Below are positions 19,263 to 29,376 of a stretch of DNA of 64,000 nucleotides, piece after piece. Source of the stretch: Elusimicrobiota bacterium (lineage in GTDB: Bacteria > Elusimicrobiota > Elusimicrobia > FEN-1173); contig JADJJR010000001.1 in the NCBI GenBank assembly GCA_016706425.1, forward strand, positions 701,973 through 765,972, given 5' to 3'. How positions within the stretch are numbered: position 1 is the first letter of the stretch; every line of letters begins with the position of its first letter. A program made the translations under genes and the position numbers. The notes under the pieces are model-generated. The model saw only the letters and a list, made by a program, of their open reading frames with translations. It searched no databases and was not told where the DNA came from.

Positions 19263-19948
19263 TCGACGCTGAAGCAGTAGCCCACGCTCTTGACGGTGCG
19301 CAACCGTTTCTTTTCGGCCCCCAGCTTGGCGCGAATCCGCGCCACGTGCTGGTCGACGGTGCGGGTGTCGATGTCCGCCGCCCGGTCGATGCCCCACACC
19401 CGTTCCAGGACGTCTTCGCGGGAAAGGACCTTGCCCCGCGCGGACCACAGGATTTTGAGGAGCTCGAACTCCTTGCCCGTCAGGGCCACCGGCTTCTTGT
19501 TGAGCCGCAGCTCGTAGCGTTCCGCGTCCAATTCCAAGGCGCCGGCCGTCATCGCGCCCGCCAAGGGGGCCGTGCCCGCCGCCGCGCGCCGCAACAACGC
19601 CTTGACCCGCGTCATGACTTCCCGCACCGAAAAGGGTTTCGTCACGTAATCGTCCGCGCCCATTTCGAGGCCCACGATTTTGTCGACCTCGGTGCTTTTG
19701 GCGGTCAACATCAAAATGGGGACTTGCTTGTCGTCCTGCCGGATCAGGCGGCAAATTTCCAGCCCGTCCACTTTCGGCAGCATCAGGTCGAGCAGGACGA
19801 GGCGGGGTTTTTCGCGGCGGAAGAGGGCCACGGCGGCGTCGCCGTCCGCCGCCAGGAGGGGTTGGTGGCCTTCCTTTTCGAGGTTGTAGCGGAGGATTTT
19901 GGCGATGTCGCGGTCGTCCTCGACCACCAGGACTTTCGCGCCGGCCAT
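19259..19948 (-). CDS. phoB: OmpR/PhoB-family response regulator
   Basis: Receiver domain (VLVVEDD..D) plus winged-helix C-terminus (VWG..TRTVDQHVARIRAKL). Confidence 0.85.
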   Translation of the reverse strand: MAGAKVLVVEDDRDIAKILRYNLEKEGHQPLLAADGDAAVALFRREKPRLVLLDLMLPKVDGLEICRLIRQDDKQVPILMLTAKSTEVDKIVGLEMGADDYVTKPFSVREVMTRVKALLRRAAAGTAPLAGAMTAGALELDAERYELRLNKKPVALTGKEFELLKILWSARGKVLSREDVLERVWGIDRAADIDTRTVDQHVARIRAKLGAEKKRLRTVKSVGYCFSVE

Positions 19949-19952
19949 TGGT

Positions 19953-20333
<381 letters not shown>

Positions 20334-20340
20334 GGGGGCC

Positions 20341-20943
20341 TCAAGTCCAGGCCCGGCGGCCGGTGACGGCCTGGGCCAGGGTGTGTTCATCGGCGTATTG
20401 GATGACCGCGCCGGCCGGCAGTCCCGCCGCCAGGCGCGTGACGCGCACGTTCATCGTTTTCAAGAGGTCGGCCAGGTAGGCCGCGGTGGTTTCGCCTTCG
20501 ACGGTGGGGTTGGTGGCCAAAATCACTTCGTCCGCGCCGTCCCGGTGGACGCGCTGCAGCAAAGGCTCGACCCGCAGTTCCTCGGGCCCGATGCCGTCCA
20601 AAGCGGACAGAGCGCCGCCCAGGACGTGGTAGCGGCCCCGGTAGGCCCCGCTGCGCTCCAAGGCCGCCAGATCGGGCACGTCCTCCACCACGCAGAGCAA
20701 CCGGCCGTCCCGAAGGGGGTCGCGGCAGCGGGCGCAAAGTTCCGGCGGGCCGTCGGTCTCGATCAAGTCCCCGCAAAGGGGGCAACGTTTCATGCGCGCC
20801 CGCGCCTCGGTCAGAACGGCGGACAGGGCGTCGGCGTCTTTTTCGTGCCGGACGAGGTGAAGGGCGATGCGTTCGGCCATTTTGGGGCCGACTCCGGGCA
20901 GGCCCAAAATGGCCGTGACCAAATTGTCCCAGGTGCGACGCAC
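20341..20943 (-). CDS. recR: recombination protein RecR
   Basis: HhH motif ILGLPGVGPKMAERIALHL, C4 zinc finger CPLCGDL..CARC, Toprim. A GTG start 4 nt after the dnaX stop. The tracked 282-aa ORF is over-extended into dnaX. Confidence 0.8.
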   Translation of the reverse strand: MRRTWDNLVTAILGLPGVGPKMAERIALHLVRHEKDADALSAVLTEARARMKRCPLCGDLIETDGPPELCARCRDPLRDGRLLCVVEDVPDLAALERSGAYRGRYHVLGGALSALDGIGPEELRVEPLLQRVHRDGADEVILATNPTVEGETTAAYLADLLKTMNVRVTRLAAGLPAGAVIQYADEHTLAQAVTGRRAWT

Positions 20944-20947
20944 TACA

Positions 20948-22657
20948 CTAACGCTCCACCCGGCGCACCTTGCCGGGGAATTTCTCCAAGACCTTCCGTA
21001 CGCCCGGGTCCTGGGCGGCCTGGGCGCGGGCGTCTTCGTCGGCCCCCTCCACCACGGGGCCCTCGGTTTCGGTCTCCGGTGCGGCGTCGTCCACGACCTC
21101 CGCTTCCTCGGCGGGTTCCGGGGTCGGGGCGGGGGGGGCGGGCCGGGCGGCGGGGCGGACCGCCGGGGCCACCGCCCATTGGATCGCAAAGGGGCCGATC
21201 TGTTTATGGAGGGCCTCGCTCCAAAGGCGTTCGTGTCCGGCCAACTGGCCCTTTTGGAAATCGTTGTCGCAGAGAACGCGCAGAACCCCGGGAGCGACCC
21301 ATTCCGGCCGCGCCGCGGCGAGAAGCGCTTCCAAAGAGGGTTTGGTCCGGCCCATTTCGGCGGTCAGACGGGACCAAGCGCTCGTCAAGTCCGCGTTTCC
21401 GTCGGTTTCAGCGCGGGGCGCGGGCGTGGCCAAAACGGGGGCGACCGCCGCCGGCGTCGCCGAGGCGGGGGGGGGGGCGACGCGCGGGGGCGCGACCGGG
21501 GCGGTTCGGGCCGGCAAGGGGCTTCCGCCCGCGAGGGATTTTTCGAGGGATTCCAACCGCTCGAGCAACTCGCGCACGGGCACGGGGTCCTGGGCCAATT
21601 CCAGGCAGGCCAATTCGAAAGTCACCCGGGGCGATTCGCTCCGGCGGAGGTCCGCCACCGCCCGGGCAAGAACCGCGACCGAACGCTCCAACCCCTCCAA
21701 AGAAACGTTGCTTGTTTCCGCGTCCAGTTCGGCCGCGTCGGGGGCGTGGGGGTCGCGGACCCCGGCTTGCCAGAGGAGAAGCCGGTGGTGGCGCTCCAAA
21801 AGGTCTTCGGCCAGTTGGGAGAGATCGAACCCGTCCTCCAGGGCCTTTTGAACGGACTGAAGAATTTCGGGGGGCGATCCCTTCCTGAGGGTGGCCGCGA
21901 AACCGCGCACGAACTCTTTGGGCAAGAGACCCAGCAGGCCCCGCACGTCGGCCGCCGTGGCCCCGCCCGGGGCGAAGGCCAGCACCTGGTCCAAGAGCGA
22001 AAGGGCGTCGCGGAGGGAGCCGCGGCCCGCCCGCGCCACCTCGTGCAGCGTTTCGTCGGAAAGGGCGATGTTTTCTTTCGTCAAAATGTGTTTGAGCCGG
22101 CCCACGATGTCCGCCGGGGCGATGGCCCGCACCTGAAACCGTTGGCACCGGGACAGGATGGTCTCGGGGATCTTTTGCGCCTCGGTGGTGGCCATCATGA
22201 AGACCACGTGGGGCGGCGGTTCCTCGAGGGTTTTCAGAAGAGCGTTGAATCCGTCCTTGGAAATTTGGTGGGCTTCGTCGATGATGATCACCCGGTACCG
22301 GGAGCGGGCGGGGGCGTATTTCACGGTGTCGCGCAGTTCGCGGATCTGGTCGATGCCGCGGTTGGAGGCGCCGTCGATTTCGAGAACGTCGTCGGTGGAA
22401 CTGCCGGCCGCGATGTCCCGGCACTGGGGGCATTCCCCGCAGGGGGACGCCGTGGGCCCCTTGACGCAATTGAGGGCCTTGGCCAGGATGCGCGCGGTGG
22501 TGGTTTTGCCGCAGCCGCGCGGCCCGGAGAAAACGTAGGCGTGGGCCAGGCGTTTGGCCTCCAACGCGTTGGTGAGCGTTTTGGCGATGTGTTCCTGGCC
22601 GACCAGATCGTCGAAAGTTTGGGGGCGGTATTTCCGGGCGAGGACGAGGTAACCCAT
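20948..22657 (-). CDS. dnaX: DNA polymerase III subunits gamma/tau
   Basis: AAA+ motifs (LARKYRPQTFDDLVGQ; GPRGCGKTT; zinc module CGECPQC). Start placed at the first ATG (Met7, MGYLV); the tracked start is GTG. Confidence 0.85.
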   Translation of the reverse strand: MGYLVLARKYRPQTFDDLVGQEHIAKTLTNALEAKRLAHAYVFSGPRGCGKTTTARILAKALNCVKGPTASPCGECPQCRDIAAGSSTDDVLEIDGASNRGIDQIRELRDTVKYAPARSRYRVIIIDEAHQISKDGFNALLKTLEEPPPHVVFMMATTEAQKIPETILSRCQRFQVRAIAPADIVGRLKHILTKENIALSDETLHEVARAGRGSLRDALSLLDQVLAFAPGGATAADVRGLLGLLPKEFVRGFAATLRKGSPPEILQSVQKALEDGFDLSQLAEDLLERHHRLLLWQAGVRDPHAPDAAELDAETSNVSLEGLERSVAVLARAVADLRRSESPRVTFELACLELAQDPVPVRELLERLESLEKSLAGGSPLPARTAPVAPPRVAPPPASATPAAVAPVLATPAPRAETDGNADLTSAWSRLTAEMGRTKPSLEALLAAARPEWVAPGVLRVLCDNDFQKGQLAGHERLWSEALHKQIGPFAIQWAVAPAVRPAARPAPPAPTPEPAEEAEVVDDAAPETETEGPVVEGADEDARAQAAQDPGVRKVLEKFPGKVRRVER

Positions 22658-22705
22658 AGGGGGCCAATTTACCACTTTTCGGGGGGGGCTGTCCCCCTTG
22701 AGGGT

Positions 22706-23212
22706 TTAAAGGGCGAGGGCGCGGAGGGTCTGCCCGGCGGCGGCTTCGATGGGATCAAGGCCCTCGGGCAGGCGCGCCGCGATCTTTTGGTATTCGGTCG
22801 CCAACCGTTCGTCGGGGTGCGACCAGGGGTCGAGGTAACAGACCCGGCGGATTTTGGCCTGGATCATTTCCTTGAGGCAGCCGAAACAGGGCTGGAGCGT
22901 GGTGTACACGGTGCCGCCCGCCACGGGGATGCCGAAACGCGCCGCGGCCAAAACCGCGTTTTGTTCCGCGTGGACGCAGATGCACAGGTCGTAGCCCGTG
23001 CCCTTGGGGTATTTTTCGCGGTTGGCGCAACGGTCGCAGCCGCCGTCCGTGCAATTGGCCATGCCTTCGGCGGTGCCGTTGTAGCCGGTGGAGACGATGC
23101 GCCGGTCGACCACGATCACCGCGCCGACGCGGCTGCCCCGGCAATCCGCCCGGCGGCGGACCGCCAGGGCGATGCCCATGAAGTAATCGTCGAAACCGGG
23201 TCGGGAAGTCAT
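22706..23212 (-). CDS. dCMP/cytidine deaminase family protein (ComEB-like)
   Basis: CDA zinc motifs HAEQNA and PCFGCLKEM. Confidence 0.8.
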   Translation of the reverse strand: MTSRPGFDDYFMGIALAVRRRADCRGSRVGAVIVVDRRIVSTGYNGTAEGMANCTDGGCDRCANREKYPKGTGYDLCICVHAEQNAVLAAARFGIPVAGGTVYTTLQPCFGCLKEMIQAKIRRVCYLDPWSHPDERLATEYQKIAARLPEGLDPIEAAAGQTLRALAL

Positions 23213-23613
23213 GGTTTTTTCTCCGCTTTCTTAAAAGTCAACGCCGCCGAGTTGATGCAGTAGCGCAGTCCCGTCGGCCGGGGCCCGTCTTCGAACACGT
23301 GCCCGAGGTGCGAACGGCACCGGGCGCAGAGGACCTCGGTGCGCACCATCCCGTGGTCTCCGTCGGTTTCGGTGGCCACGCGGTCGCCCGCGGCCGACTC
23401 CCAAAAGCTGGGCCAGCCCGTGCCGGAATCGAATTTGGCCTTGGAGGAAAACAGGGCTTGCCCGCACCCCGCGCAGTGGTACATCCCCTCCGCGTGGTGG
23501 TTCCAATAGGCGTTGTCGAAGGGCGCTTCGGTGCCCTTCTGGCGCATCACGCAAAACTGCGCGGGCGTCAATTTTTTCTTCCAGTCGGACTCGTTCTTCG
23601 GCGTGTCGTTCAT
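23209..23613 (-). CDS. msrB: peptide-methionine (R)-S-oxide reductase MsrB
   Basis: SelR motifs ([11 protein letters not shown]; [12 protein letters not shown]). Start at Met20 with a GGAGG SD. ATGA overlap with the downstream gene. Confidence 0.8.
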   Translation of the reverse strand: MNDTPKNESDWKKKLTPAQFCVMRQKGTEAPFDNAYWNHHAEGMYHCAGCGQALFSSKAKFDSGTGWPSFWESAAGDRVATETDGDHGMVRTEVLCARCRSHLGHVFEDGPRPTGLRYCINSAALTFKKAEKKP

Positions 23614-23654
23614 GGGTCCTCCCCAAAGCGGAACGGCCAAAAGCAGAAAGGCCG

Positions 23655-23978
23655 TTATTCGAAACTGCACAGGTACTCCGCGAGATTCTCGTCCACCGCG
23701 ATGTCGAAGGCGGATTGCCCGGGAACCCGGAACGACTCCCCGGCGGACACCGTCCGCTCGGTTTTTTCGTCGGCCACTTTCACCCGGCAGCGTCCGGCCA
23801 GGATTTCCATTTTTTCCGGGCCGTCCGTTTTGAAATGGTATTTCCCCGGGTAAATCACGCCCACGGTTTTGCGTTGGCCCTCGGGGAAGACGAGGCTGTG
23901 GCTCACCACTTTTCCGTCGAAGTAGACGTTGGCTTTCAGTTTGACGGCGACGTTGACGATCTGTTCGGGGACGGCCAC
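23655..23978 (-). CDS. ppnP: pyrimidine/purine nucleoside phosphorylase PpnP (DUF1255/YaiE family)
   Basis: 107 aa. [13 protein letters not shown]...[12 protein letters not shown] cupin-like pattern. Confidence 0.7.
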   Translation of the reverse strand: MAVPEQIVNVAVKLKANVYFDGKVVSHSLVFPEGQRKTVGVIYPGKYHFKTDGPEKMEILAGRCRVKVADEKTERTVSAGESFRVPGQSAFDIAVDENLAEYLCSFE

Positions 23979-23988
23979 GGGCGGCTCC

Positions 23989-25779
23989 TCACTTTTTCTT
24001 GAACAACTTTTGAATCGAATCCGGCAACGCCTGGACGCCGGTCTTGCCGGTCAAATCGCGCAGGGCCTTTTCGAGGCGCTCGTCCAAACCGCCCAAATCC
24101 TTTTCGCCCAGGCCGATTTTCGCCAGGGCGTCGCCCGCGCGCTCGTTCACGAGGGCGGCGAGCTTGTCGGTCTCCTTGTCCAGAAGGGCGGCCACGCTTT
24201 TTTCCGCGTCGGCCCGGAGCTTGGCGACCTCCTGGTCCAGGGCGCCTTTGACCGCTCCGCGGAGTTGGTCGTCCAGGGTGCTGTTAAGGCTGAAGCGGGG
24301 GGATTTCAACGTCCCGCCCAGACCCACGCCGATGGACGCTTCCTTGACGCGGCCCAACACCGCGTGCAGGCTTTGGGTGAGACGGTCGGCGTCGGCGGGG
24401 AGTTCGTGCCGCACGCTCAAGCCGTCGCCTTTTAGGTCCACGCGGCCGCCCAGGGCGGTCCCCGTCACCGTGATGTTCGCCCGGACGGCCCCGGTTCCCC
24501 CCCCGAGGGCGACCGGGCCTTTTAGATCGCCCAGGGGCAGACCCCCCAGGGGCAGCCCCGCGTATTTCGCGAGGACCGATTGTTTCGGGGTCGGTGTGGT
24601 GAAATCAAAAACCCCTTTGACGTCGAGCGATCGGTTGTCCGTCGACCCCGCCGCCGTCAAAACCGCCGGTCGGCCCAGCAACACGGGGTCGGAGGCCGCG
24701 TCGCGAATTTCGCCTTTGTAGGTCAATCCATCGGGGGTTTCCCCGGAAAAAACGGCGTGCTTTAAATGGAACACCGGCCAGCGATGGTGAAAAGGAAAAT
24801 CGATGTTCCGCCCTTGGGGGAAAGCGACCTTGGGTTCGGGGGGCGGCGCGTTTTCAGGGGACCCCGAAAGGCGGCGGGTTTTCTCGAACAAGCCGAGGGC
24901 CTTGTCGAGTTTCGCCGTCCAGGCCGGTCCCAACAATCCTTTCAAAGCCCCTTCCGCCGATAGGGCGCCTTTGACGTCGCCCACCAAGCGTTGGATGTCC
25001 TCCCGGCGGAGCCGGTCGATTTCTTTCAGAACCGTCCGGGATTGCCCGATTTCGCTGGTCAAGGAATTTTTTAATTCCTTGACGGTGTTGCGGGCGGCCT
25101 TGAGCTCGGCGCGCAGGTCCTTGGCTTCCTTGAGGTGGGCCTGGGCCTTGGCCACGCCCTCGAGGCCGGAATAGGTGTCCCCCTGGGCTTTCTTGATGAA
25201 ATCCCGGGTTTTGACGGAAAGATTTTTTACGTCGAGACTATCCGCCCGGGACCGCCATTGATCCGCCAGGGTCGTCAACCGCGCGCGCTTTTCTTCGAGG
25301 TAAACGTAGGCCGTGAGGGACCCCGTGGATATCCGTCGCGACGGGTCGTAGGCGGTCTTGATGTTGCCGACCGCGGCGTCGGCGATTTCCCGGGTTTTCT
25401 CGGCGGCGGGGCTCCCCCGGCGGGGCAGGGCGCCGGACACCCGGCGCTTCGTCCCGGTGCGGACGCCCGTGATCGCGGCTTCCTCCATGATGAACCGGCG
25501 CCAGAAAAGGGGTTTCGGGGCCATTTTAAATCGCATCGCCTCGATTTCGACGATGTTGGTCATGGGCGCGTCGGCGTCCGCCACGGCGAGCCCGCGGACG
25601 TCGAGGGACAGCCGCCAAAATCGCGTGGTCAAACCGCGCACATCGACCCGGGCGCCGTTGGCGGCAGAGCCGAACTGTTCGACGGCGATTTTTAAGCCGC
25701 GGTCCAGAAAAAAGTGCCCCGCGGCCCAGAGCAGGACCAGCGGCGTGGCCAGGAGGAAGAAGCGGTTCCAGCGGATCAC
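23989..25779 (-). CDS. AsmA-like / DUF748-type membrane-anchored outer-membrane assembly protein
   Basis: N-terminal TM anchor (WNRFFLLATPLVLLWAAGHFF) followed by a long periplasmic region with coiled-coil. Start taken as the GTG overlapping the upstream stop (GTGA). An alternative ATG lies at 25839. Confidence 0.5.
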   Translation of the reverse strand: MIRWNRFFLLATPLVLLWAAGHFFLDRGLKIAVEQFGSAANGARVDVRGLTTRFWRLSLDVRGLAVADADAPMTNIVEIEAMRFKMAPKPLFWRRFIMEEAAITGVRTGTKRRVSGALPRRGSPAAEKTREIADAAVGNIKTAYDPSRRISTGSLTAYVYLEEKRARLTTLADQWRSRADSLDVKNLSVKTRDFIKKAQGDTYSGLEGVAKAQAHLKEAKDLRAELKAARNTVKELKNSLTSEIGQSRTVLKEIDRLRREDIQRLVGDVKGALSAEGALKGLLGPAWTAKLDKALGLFEKTRRLSGSPENAPPPEPKVAFPQGRNIDFPFHHRWPVFHLKHAVFSGETPDGLTYKGEIRDAASDPVLLGRPAVLTAAGSTDNRSLDVKGVFDFTTPTPKQSVLAKYAGLPLGGLPLGDLKGPVALGGGTGAVRANITVTGTALGGRVDLKGDGLSVRHELPADADRLTQSLHAVLGRVKEASIGVGLGGTLKSPRFSLNSTLDDQLRGAVKGALDQEVAKLRADAEKSVAALLDKETDKLAALVNERAGDALAKIGLGEKDLGGLDERLEKALRDLTGKTGVQALPDSIQKLFKKK

Positions 25780-26285
25780 GAGAATTTCTCGTACAGCTCG
25801 TAAAATTTGGAAGCCCGCAGGATTTGGAACACACGCCATTTCGCGGCGACCGCGACCACCCGGTCCCGGTAGCGTTGAACGCCCCACGTCGCGCTTAAAA
25901 AAATCGGGACAAAGAGCGTCGCGCCGACCGCCAGGCCGCCCAGGACGACCGTGTTGTTGAATCGGGTCCAGGGCAGGACGGGGGTGTTGAAGAGCGCGGT
26001 CCAGAGGCCTTGCAACGCGGGGGCCGTGAGCAGGGCGTAACCCAGTCGGTCAAACAGGCCGCCGAGCGGCCACGTCAACGCCCCAAAGGCCAAGGCCGCC
26101 ACCACCGACGCGCTCTTGTTCACCGGCAACAGGAAAATCAACAGGAGAAAGAGGATGTTTTGAACGCCCCCCGTGGGGGAGAGGCCGATCAGGGCGCCCA
26201 GGGCGACCCCGCCGGCGATGGCCCGGGGGGTGGCCTTGGCGTTCAGCGCCTGAAGGAACCCGGCAAAAATTTTAAGAATCAACAT
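25776..26285 (-). CDS. DUF2062-family small membrane protein
   Basis: 169 aa, three hydrophobic helices. Typical genomic partner of AsmA-like proteins. Confidence 0.55.
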   Translation of the reverse strand: MLILKIFAGFLQALNAKATPRAIAGGVALGALIGLSPTGGVQNILFLLLIFLLPVNKSASVVAALAFGALTWPLGGLFDRLGYALLTAPALQGLWTALFNTPVLPWTRFNNTVVLGGLAVGATLFVPIFLSATWGVQRYRDRVVAVAAKWRVFQILRASKFYELYEKFS

Positions 26286-26412
26286 GGAAGCATTTTAGGT
26301 CATCTCCGAAGCTCGGGTCAAATGGGTCTGCCCCTTGAACGAATGGGATTCGGGGGTTACCCTAATTAGTAAGAGGTCACGAGAAAAGTCACCCCATCGA
26401 GGTAATGCGGCC

Positions 26413-26739
26413 ATGATACTGTTCCCCAACGGCAAGTGCCCCAAATGCGCCGGGGTCGTCTCTTTCACGGACGTTCTCAGCATCGTCACCCCCTTCCAAT
26501 GCATTTATTGTGCCTGTTGCGGGGCGATGATTTTCCTCAAAAGGAAATGGCGTTTGACCTTGATTGCCTTCGGGTTGTCGGTCGTGGTCCTTTTTACGGG
26601 ACTTACGCTGGTCCTGTACGCCGGCTGGAGCCAATTTACCGCCTACATGGCCGCGGCTCTCTTTTTGATCTTAATGGAGTGGGTGACCACTGTCCACATT
26701 ATCCGCCACCAGGGACTGGTGGTTCGGCGGGAAAGCTAG
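26413..26739 (+). CDS. hypothetical small membrane protein with N-terminal C4 zinc-ribbon (CPKC...CACC)
   Basis: Start at Met27 of the tracked ORF, with a GAGG SD. Two C-terminal TM helices. Confidence 0.4.
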   Translation: MILFPNGKCPKCAGVVSFTDVLSIVTPFQCIYCACCGAMIFLKRKWRLTLIAFGLSVVVLFTGLTLVLYAGWSQFTAYMAAALFLILMEWVTTVHIIRHQGLVVRRES

Positions 26740-27656
26740 TTGTTTCGGGATTGGAGCCAGGCGACGTAGTCGGCGACGCCGGCCTCGGGGGTGTGCGCGG
26801 CTTTCCAGCCCAAAACAGTGGACGACCGCGTGGTGTCGGCTTGGGTGGCGTCCTGGTAGAACCCGTAGGGGTTGTCGAAATATTCCGTCGCTAATTGGCG
26901 GTTAAACGCTTTGTTGATCCACCCGATCACTTCGTTAAACGTCGTCCCCCGGCCCGTCCCGACGTTGAAGACGCCGTTGTCGGGGTGTTGATAAGACGCC
27001 TCATTGGCCGCCACCACGTCCTTCACGTAAATAAAATCCCTGTACTGTTCGCCCCATTTGAAGACCCGGGGGCCTTTGCCCGATGCGATTTGCCGGTACA
27101 ACTGGTAGACCATGCTGGCGGCGGATTGTTTGTGAAATTCCAAAGGGCCGTAAACATTGAAATACCGCAACCCCACGGCTTTGACCGCGGGGTGGGCGTC
27201 CGTGAAGCGGCGGGCGGCCACTTCCATTTCCGCTTTGCTCACGCCGTAAATGTTGGCCGGTTGAGGGGGGGTGTCCTCGCGGTGGGGGGGGGGGCCTTTG
27301 CCGTAGGTCGCCGCGCTCGAGGCGTAGACCACCTTGGGACAACCCGAAATCCGGGCGAATTCCAAGAGCCGGACGAACGCCTCGACGTTGACGGATCGCA
27401 TGAGCTTTTCGTCCATCACCGTCGTGTCGGTGATGGCCGCCTGGTGGAAGATCCCGTCCAACCGGCCCAGGGGGGCGTAATCGAAATCGCGGATGTCGCC
27501 GGCGTGCACGACCCCGCGGAACGCCGCCAGATTGTCGCGCGTGCCAACCGCGAAGTGGTCCAACGCGTGGACCTCGTGCCCCTGGGCCTCCAGGTGGAGG
27601 GCCAAGTTGGCGCCGATCAAGCCGCCCGCGCCGGTGACCAAAAAACGTTTTTTCAT
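26736..27656 (-). CDS. hldD: ADP-L-glycero-D-manno-heptose 6-epimerase
   Basis: Rossmann motif VTGAGGLIGANL. Catalytic YGVSK. Strong colinear match to RfaD/HldD (ASSAATYG; RYFNVYGP; FTQADTT). Confidence 0.85.
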   Translation of the reverse strand: MKKRFLVTGAGGLIGANLALHLEAQGHEVHALDHFAVGTRDNLAAFRGVVHAGDIRDFDYAPLGRLDGIFHQAAITDTTVMDEKLMRSVNVEAFVRLLEFARISGCPKVVYASSAATYGKGPPPHREDTPPQPANIYGVSKAEMEVAARRFTDAHPAVKAVGLRYFNVYGPLEFHKQSAASMVYQLYRQIASGKGPRVFKWGEQYRDFIYVKDVVAANEASYQHPDNGVFNVGTGRGTTFNEVIGWINKAFNRQLATEYFDNPYGFYQDATQADTTRSSTVLGWKAAHTPEAGVADYVAWLQSRNN

Positions 27657-27759
27657 AGGGAGGAATTCTACAAAGGAAATTGACAGGGAGCCAAGGGAAT
27701 TCCATAATAGCCTCCCATCGCACCATCGGATTCATTTCTCATCCCCACGGAGGTCTTTC

Positions 27760-28335
27760 ATGTTGTTGGACGCGAAGAACAAGGTATTGGGATTGGCTCT
27801 TTTGTCGTTGTTGGCGGCCTGCGCGAAGCCGCCCAAGATGGAAATGGCGGACGCCGAGAACGCTTTGAACGCCGCCGAGCAGGCCGGCGCCGCGGAGTAC
27901 GCCGATGTGGAATTCGCCGCCGCGCGGGAGGCCTTCGCCGACGCCCAGGCCAAAATCGAAGCCAAGAATTACAAGGCCGCGCGGGAGGCCGCGATCCTGT
28001 CCCGGACCAAAGCCGAGGAAGCCGCCGCCGCCGTGACGGCCGGCAAGGAAGCGGCCAAAGAGCAATCCGGCCAACTGATTGTGAGCGTCGAGGAAAAGCT
28101 GAAGACCATCAAGGAAAGCGCCGCGAAGGTGAAAGGGGCGGCGGCCAAGGACATCAACGACGCCCTCAAATCGTTCGACGACGCTTGGACCACCGTGAAA
28201 GAAGACAATTTGAAGGAAAACTTCGCGAACGTCGCGCGGCGATCCGAGGAATTCACGACCCGCGTCGATGAGCTCGCCGCGACGGTGGCCGAAAAGGCCA
28301 AGGCCGCTCTGGCCGCCGTGAAAAAGAAGCGGTAG
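27760..28335 (+). CDS. alanine/lysine-rich lipoprotein (coiled-coil)
   Basis: Lipobox LLAAC, with a GGAGG SD. Start at Met90 of the tracked ORF. Confidence 0.55.
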   Translation: MLLDAKNKVLGLALLSLLAACAKPPKMEMADAENALNAAEQAGAAEYADVEFAAAREAFADAQAKIEAKNYKAAREAAILSRTKAEEAAAAVTAGKEAAKEQSGQLIVSVEEKLKTIKESAAKVKGAAAKDINDALKSFDDAWTTVKEDNLKENFANVARRSEEFTTRVDELAATVAEKAKAALAAVKKKR

Positions 28336-28350
28336 GGTTTCCTCGCCCCC

Positions 28351-28779
28351 ATGAAAAAGAGCGCCATCGTTTTCCTCGCGGGGGTTTGGGCGGCGAGCGC
28401 CCCGGTGGTCGCCGCCGTTCCGGCCACGTTGGCCGCCGCGGAGGACGCCCTGGCCCGGGGGGATCACCGGACGGCGGAGCGGGCCGCCCGGGCGGCCTTG
28501 AAAGCCCAGGGGCCTTCCGCACCGGCCTATGTCGTTTTGGGCGAAGCGGCCCTGAATCGCGGACGACGAGCCCGGGCCCGGGGCTATTTCCGACGCGCCC
28601 TCAAGAGGGACGGCCGCTGTGCCCCCGCCTATTGGGGATTGGGCCGCCTGCAGGAAAAACGCGGCCGGCTGGACGAGGCCGCGAACGAATACCGGGCCGC
28701 GGTTTTGGCGGACCCGTCGCATACCGCCGCGACGGAGGCCTTGGCCCGCTTGAAAGACCAGACGGTTTCTTCGGAATGA
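28351..28779 (+). CDS. secreted TPR-repeat protein
   Basis: Signal peptide, then tetratricopeptide-like repeats (ALNRGRRARARGYFRRALKRD; AANEYRAAVLADP). Confidence 0.55.
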   Translation: MKKSAIVFLAGVWAASAPVVAAVPATLAAAEDALARGDHRTAERAARAALKAQGPSAPAYVVLGEAALNRGRRARARGYFRRALKRDGRCAPAYWGLGRLQEKRGRLDEAANEYRAAVLADPSHTAATEALARLKDQTVSSE

Positions 28780-28795
28780 AAGGGGTCCTCACACC

Positions 28796-28879
28796 GCGCG
28801 GGTGGTGGAATTGGCAGACACGTAAGCCTCAGGAGCTTATGGCCGCAAGGCTGTGCAGGTTCAAATCCTGTCCCGCGCA
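28796..28879 (+). tRNA. tRNA-Leu(CAG), type II with long variable arm
   Basis: Acceptor GCGCGGG/CCCGCGC, anticodon loop CTCAGGA (anticodon CAG), T-arm AGGTTCAAATCCT. Flanked by an inverted repeat forming a processing stem. Confidence 0.8.
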
Positions 28880-28900
28880 GTGTGAGGATCCCCTCCGAAC

Positions 28901-29359
28901 GTGACGACCGTCGCCCGCAACCGGCGGGCGCACCACAAATACGCCATTCTGGAAACGTTTGACGGCGGCCTCGCGCTGACGGGGCCGGAAGTCAAATCGG
29001 TCCGCGCCGGAGAGCTTCATCTGGAGGACGGGTTCGGTCGTGTGGAGAACGGCGAGATCTTCCTTTGGAACGTGCACATCAACCCGTACCGGGCGGGTTC
29101 CCTGCACGTGACCCAGGAACCCACGCGCAAGCGGAAGATCCTCCTCCACAAAACCGAGATCGGACGGATCTTGGGGAAGTTGACGACCAAAGGCTTGACC
29201 CTGGTGCCGTTGGAAGTCTATTTTTCAAAAACGGGTTTCGCGAAGGTGAAGCTCGGCCTCGCCAAGGGGAAAAACGCCCCGGACCAACGCGAGGACCTCA
29301 AGCGAAAGGACCTGTCGCGGGAAATGCGGCGGCAGTTTTCGGGGAAACACCGGGTTTAA
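28901..29359 (+). CDS. smpB: SsrA-binding protein SmpB
   Basis: 152 aa, GTG start. Motifs KYAILETFDGGLALTGPEVKS and C-terminal basic tail. No tmRNA gene follows. Confidence 0.85.
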   Translation: MTTVARNRRAHHKYAILETFDGGLALTGPEVKSVRAGELHLEDGFGRVENGEIFLWNVHINPYRAGSLHVTQEPTRKRKILLHKTEIGRILGKLTTKGLTLVPLEVYFSKTGFAKVKLGLAKGKNAPDQREDLKRKDLSREMRRQFSGKHRV

Positions 29360-29376
29360 TTTTTGGGGCATCCCGC

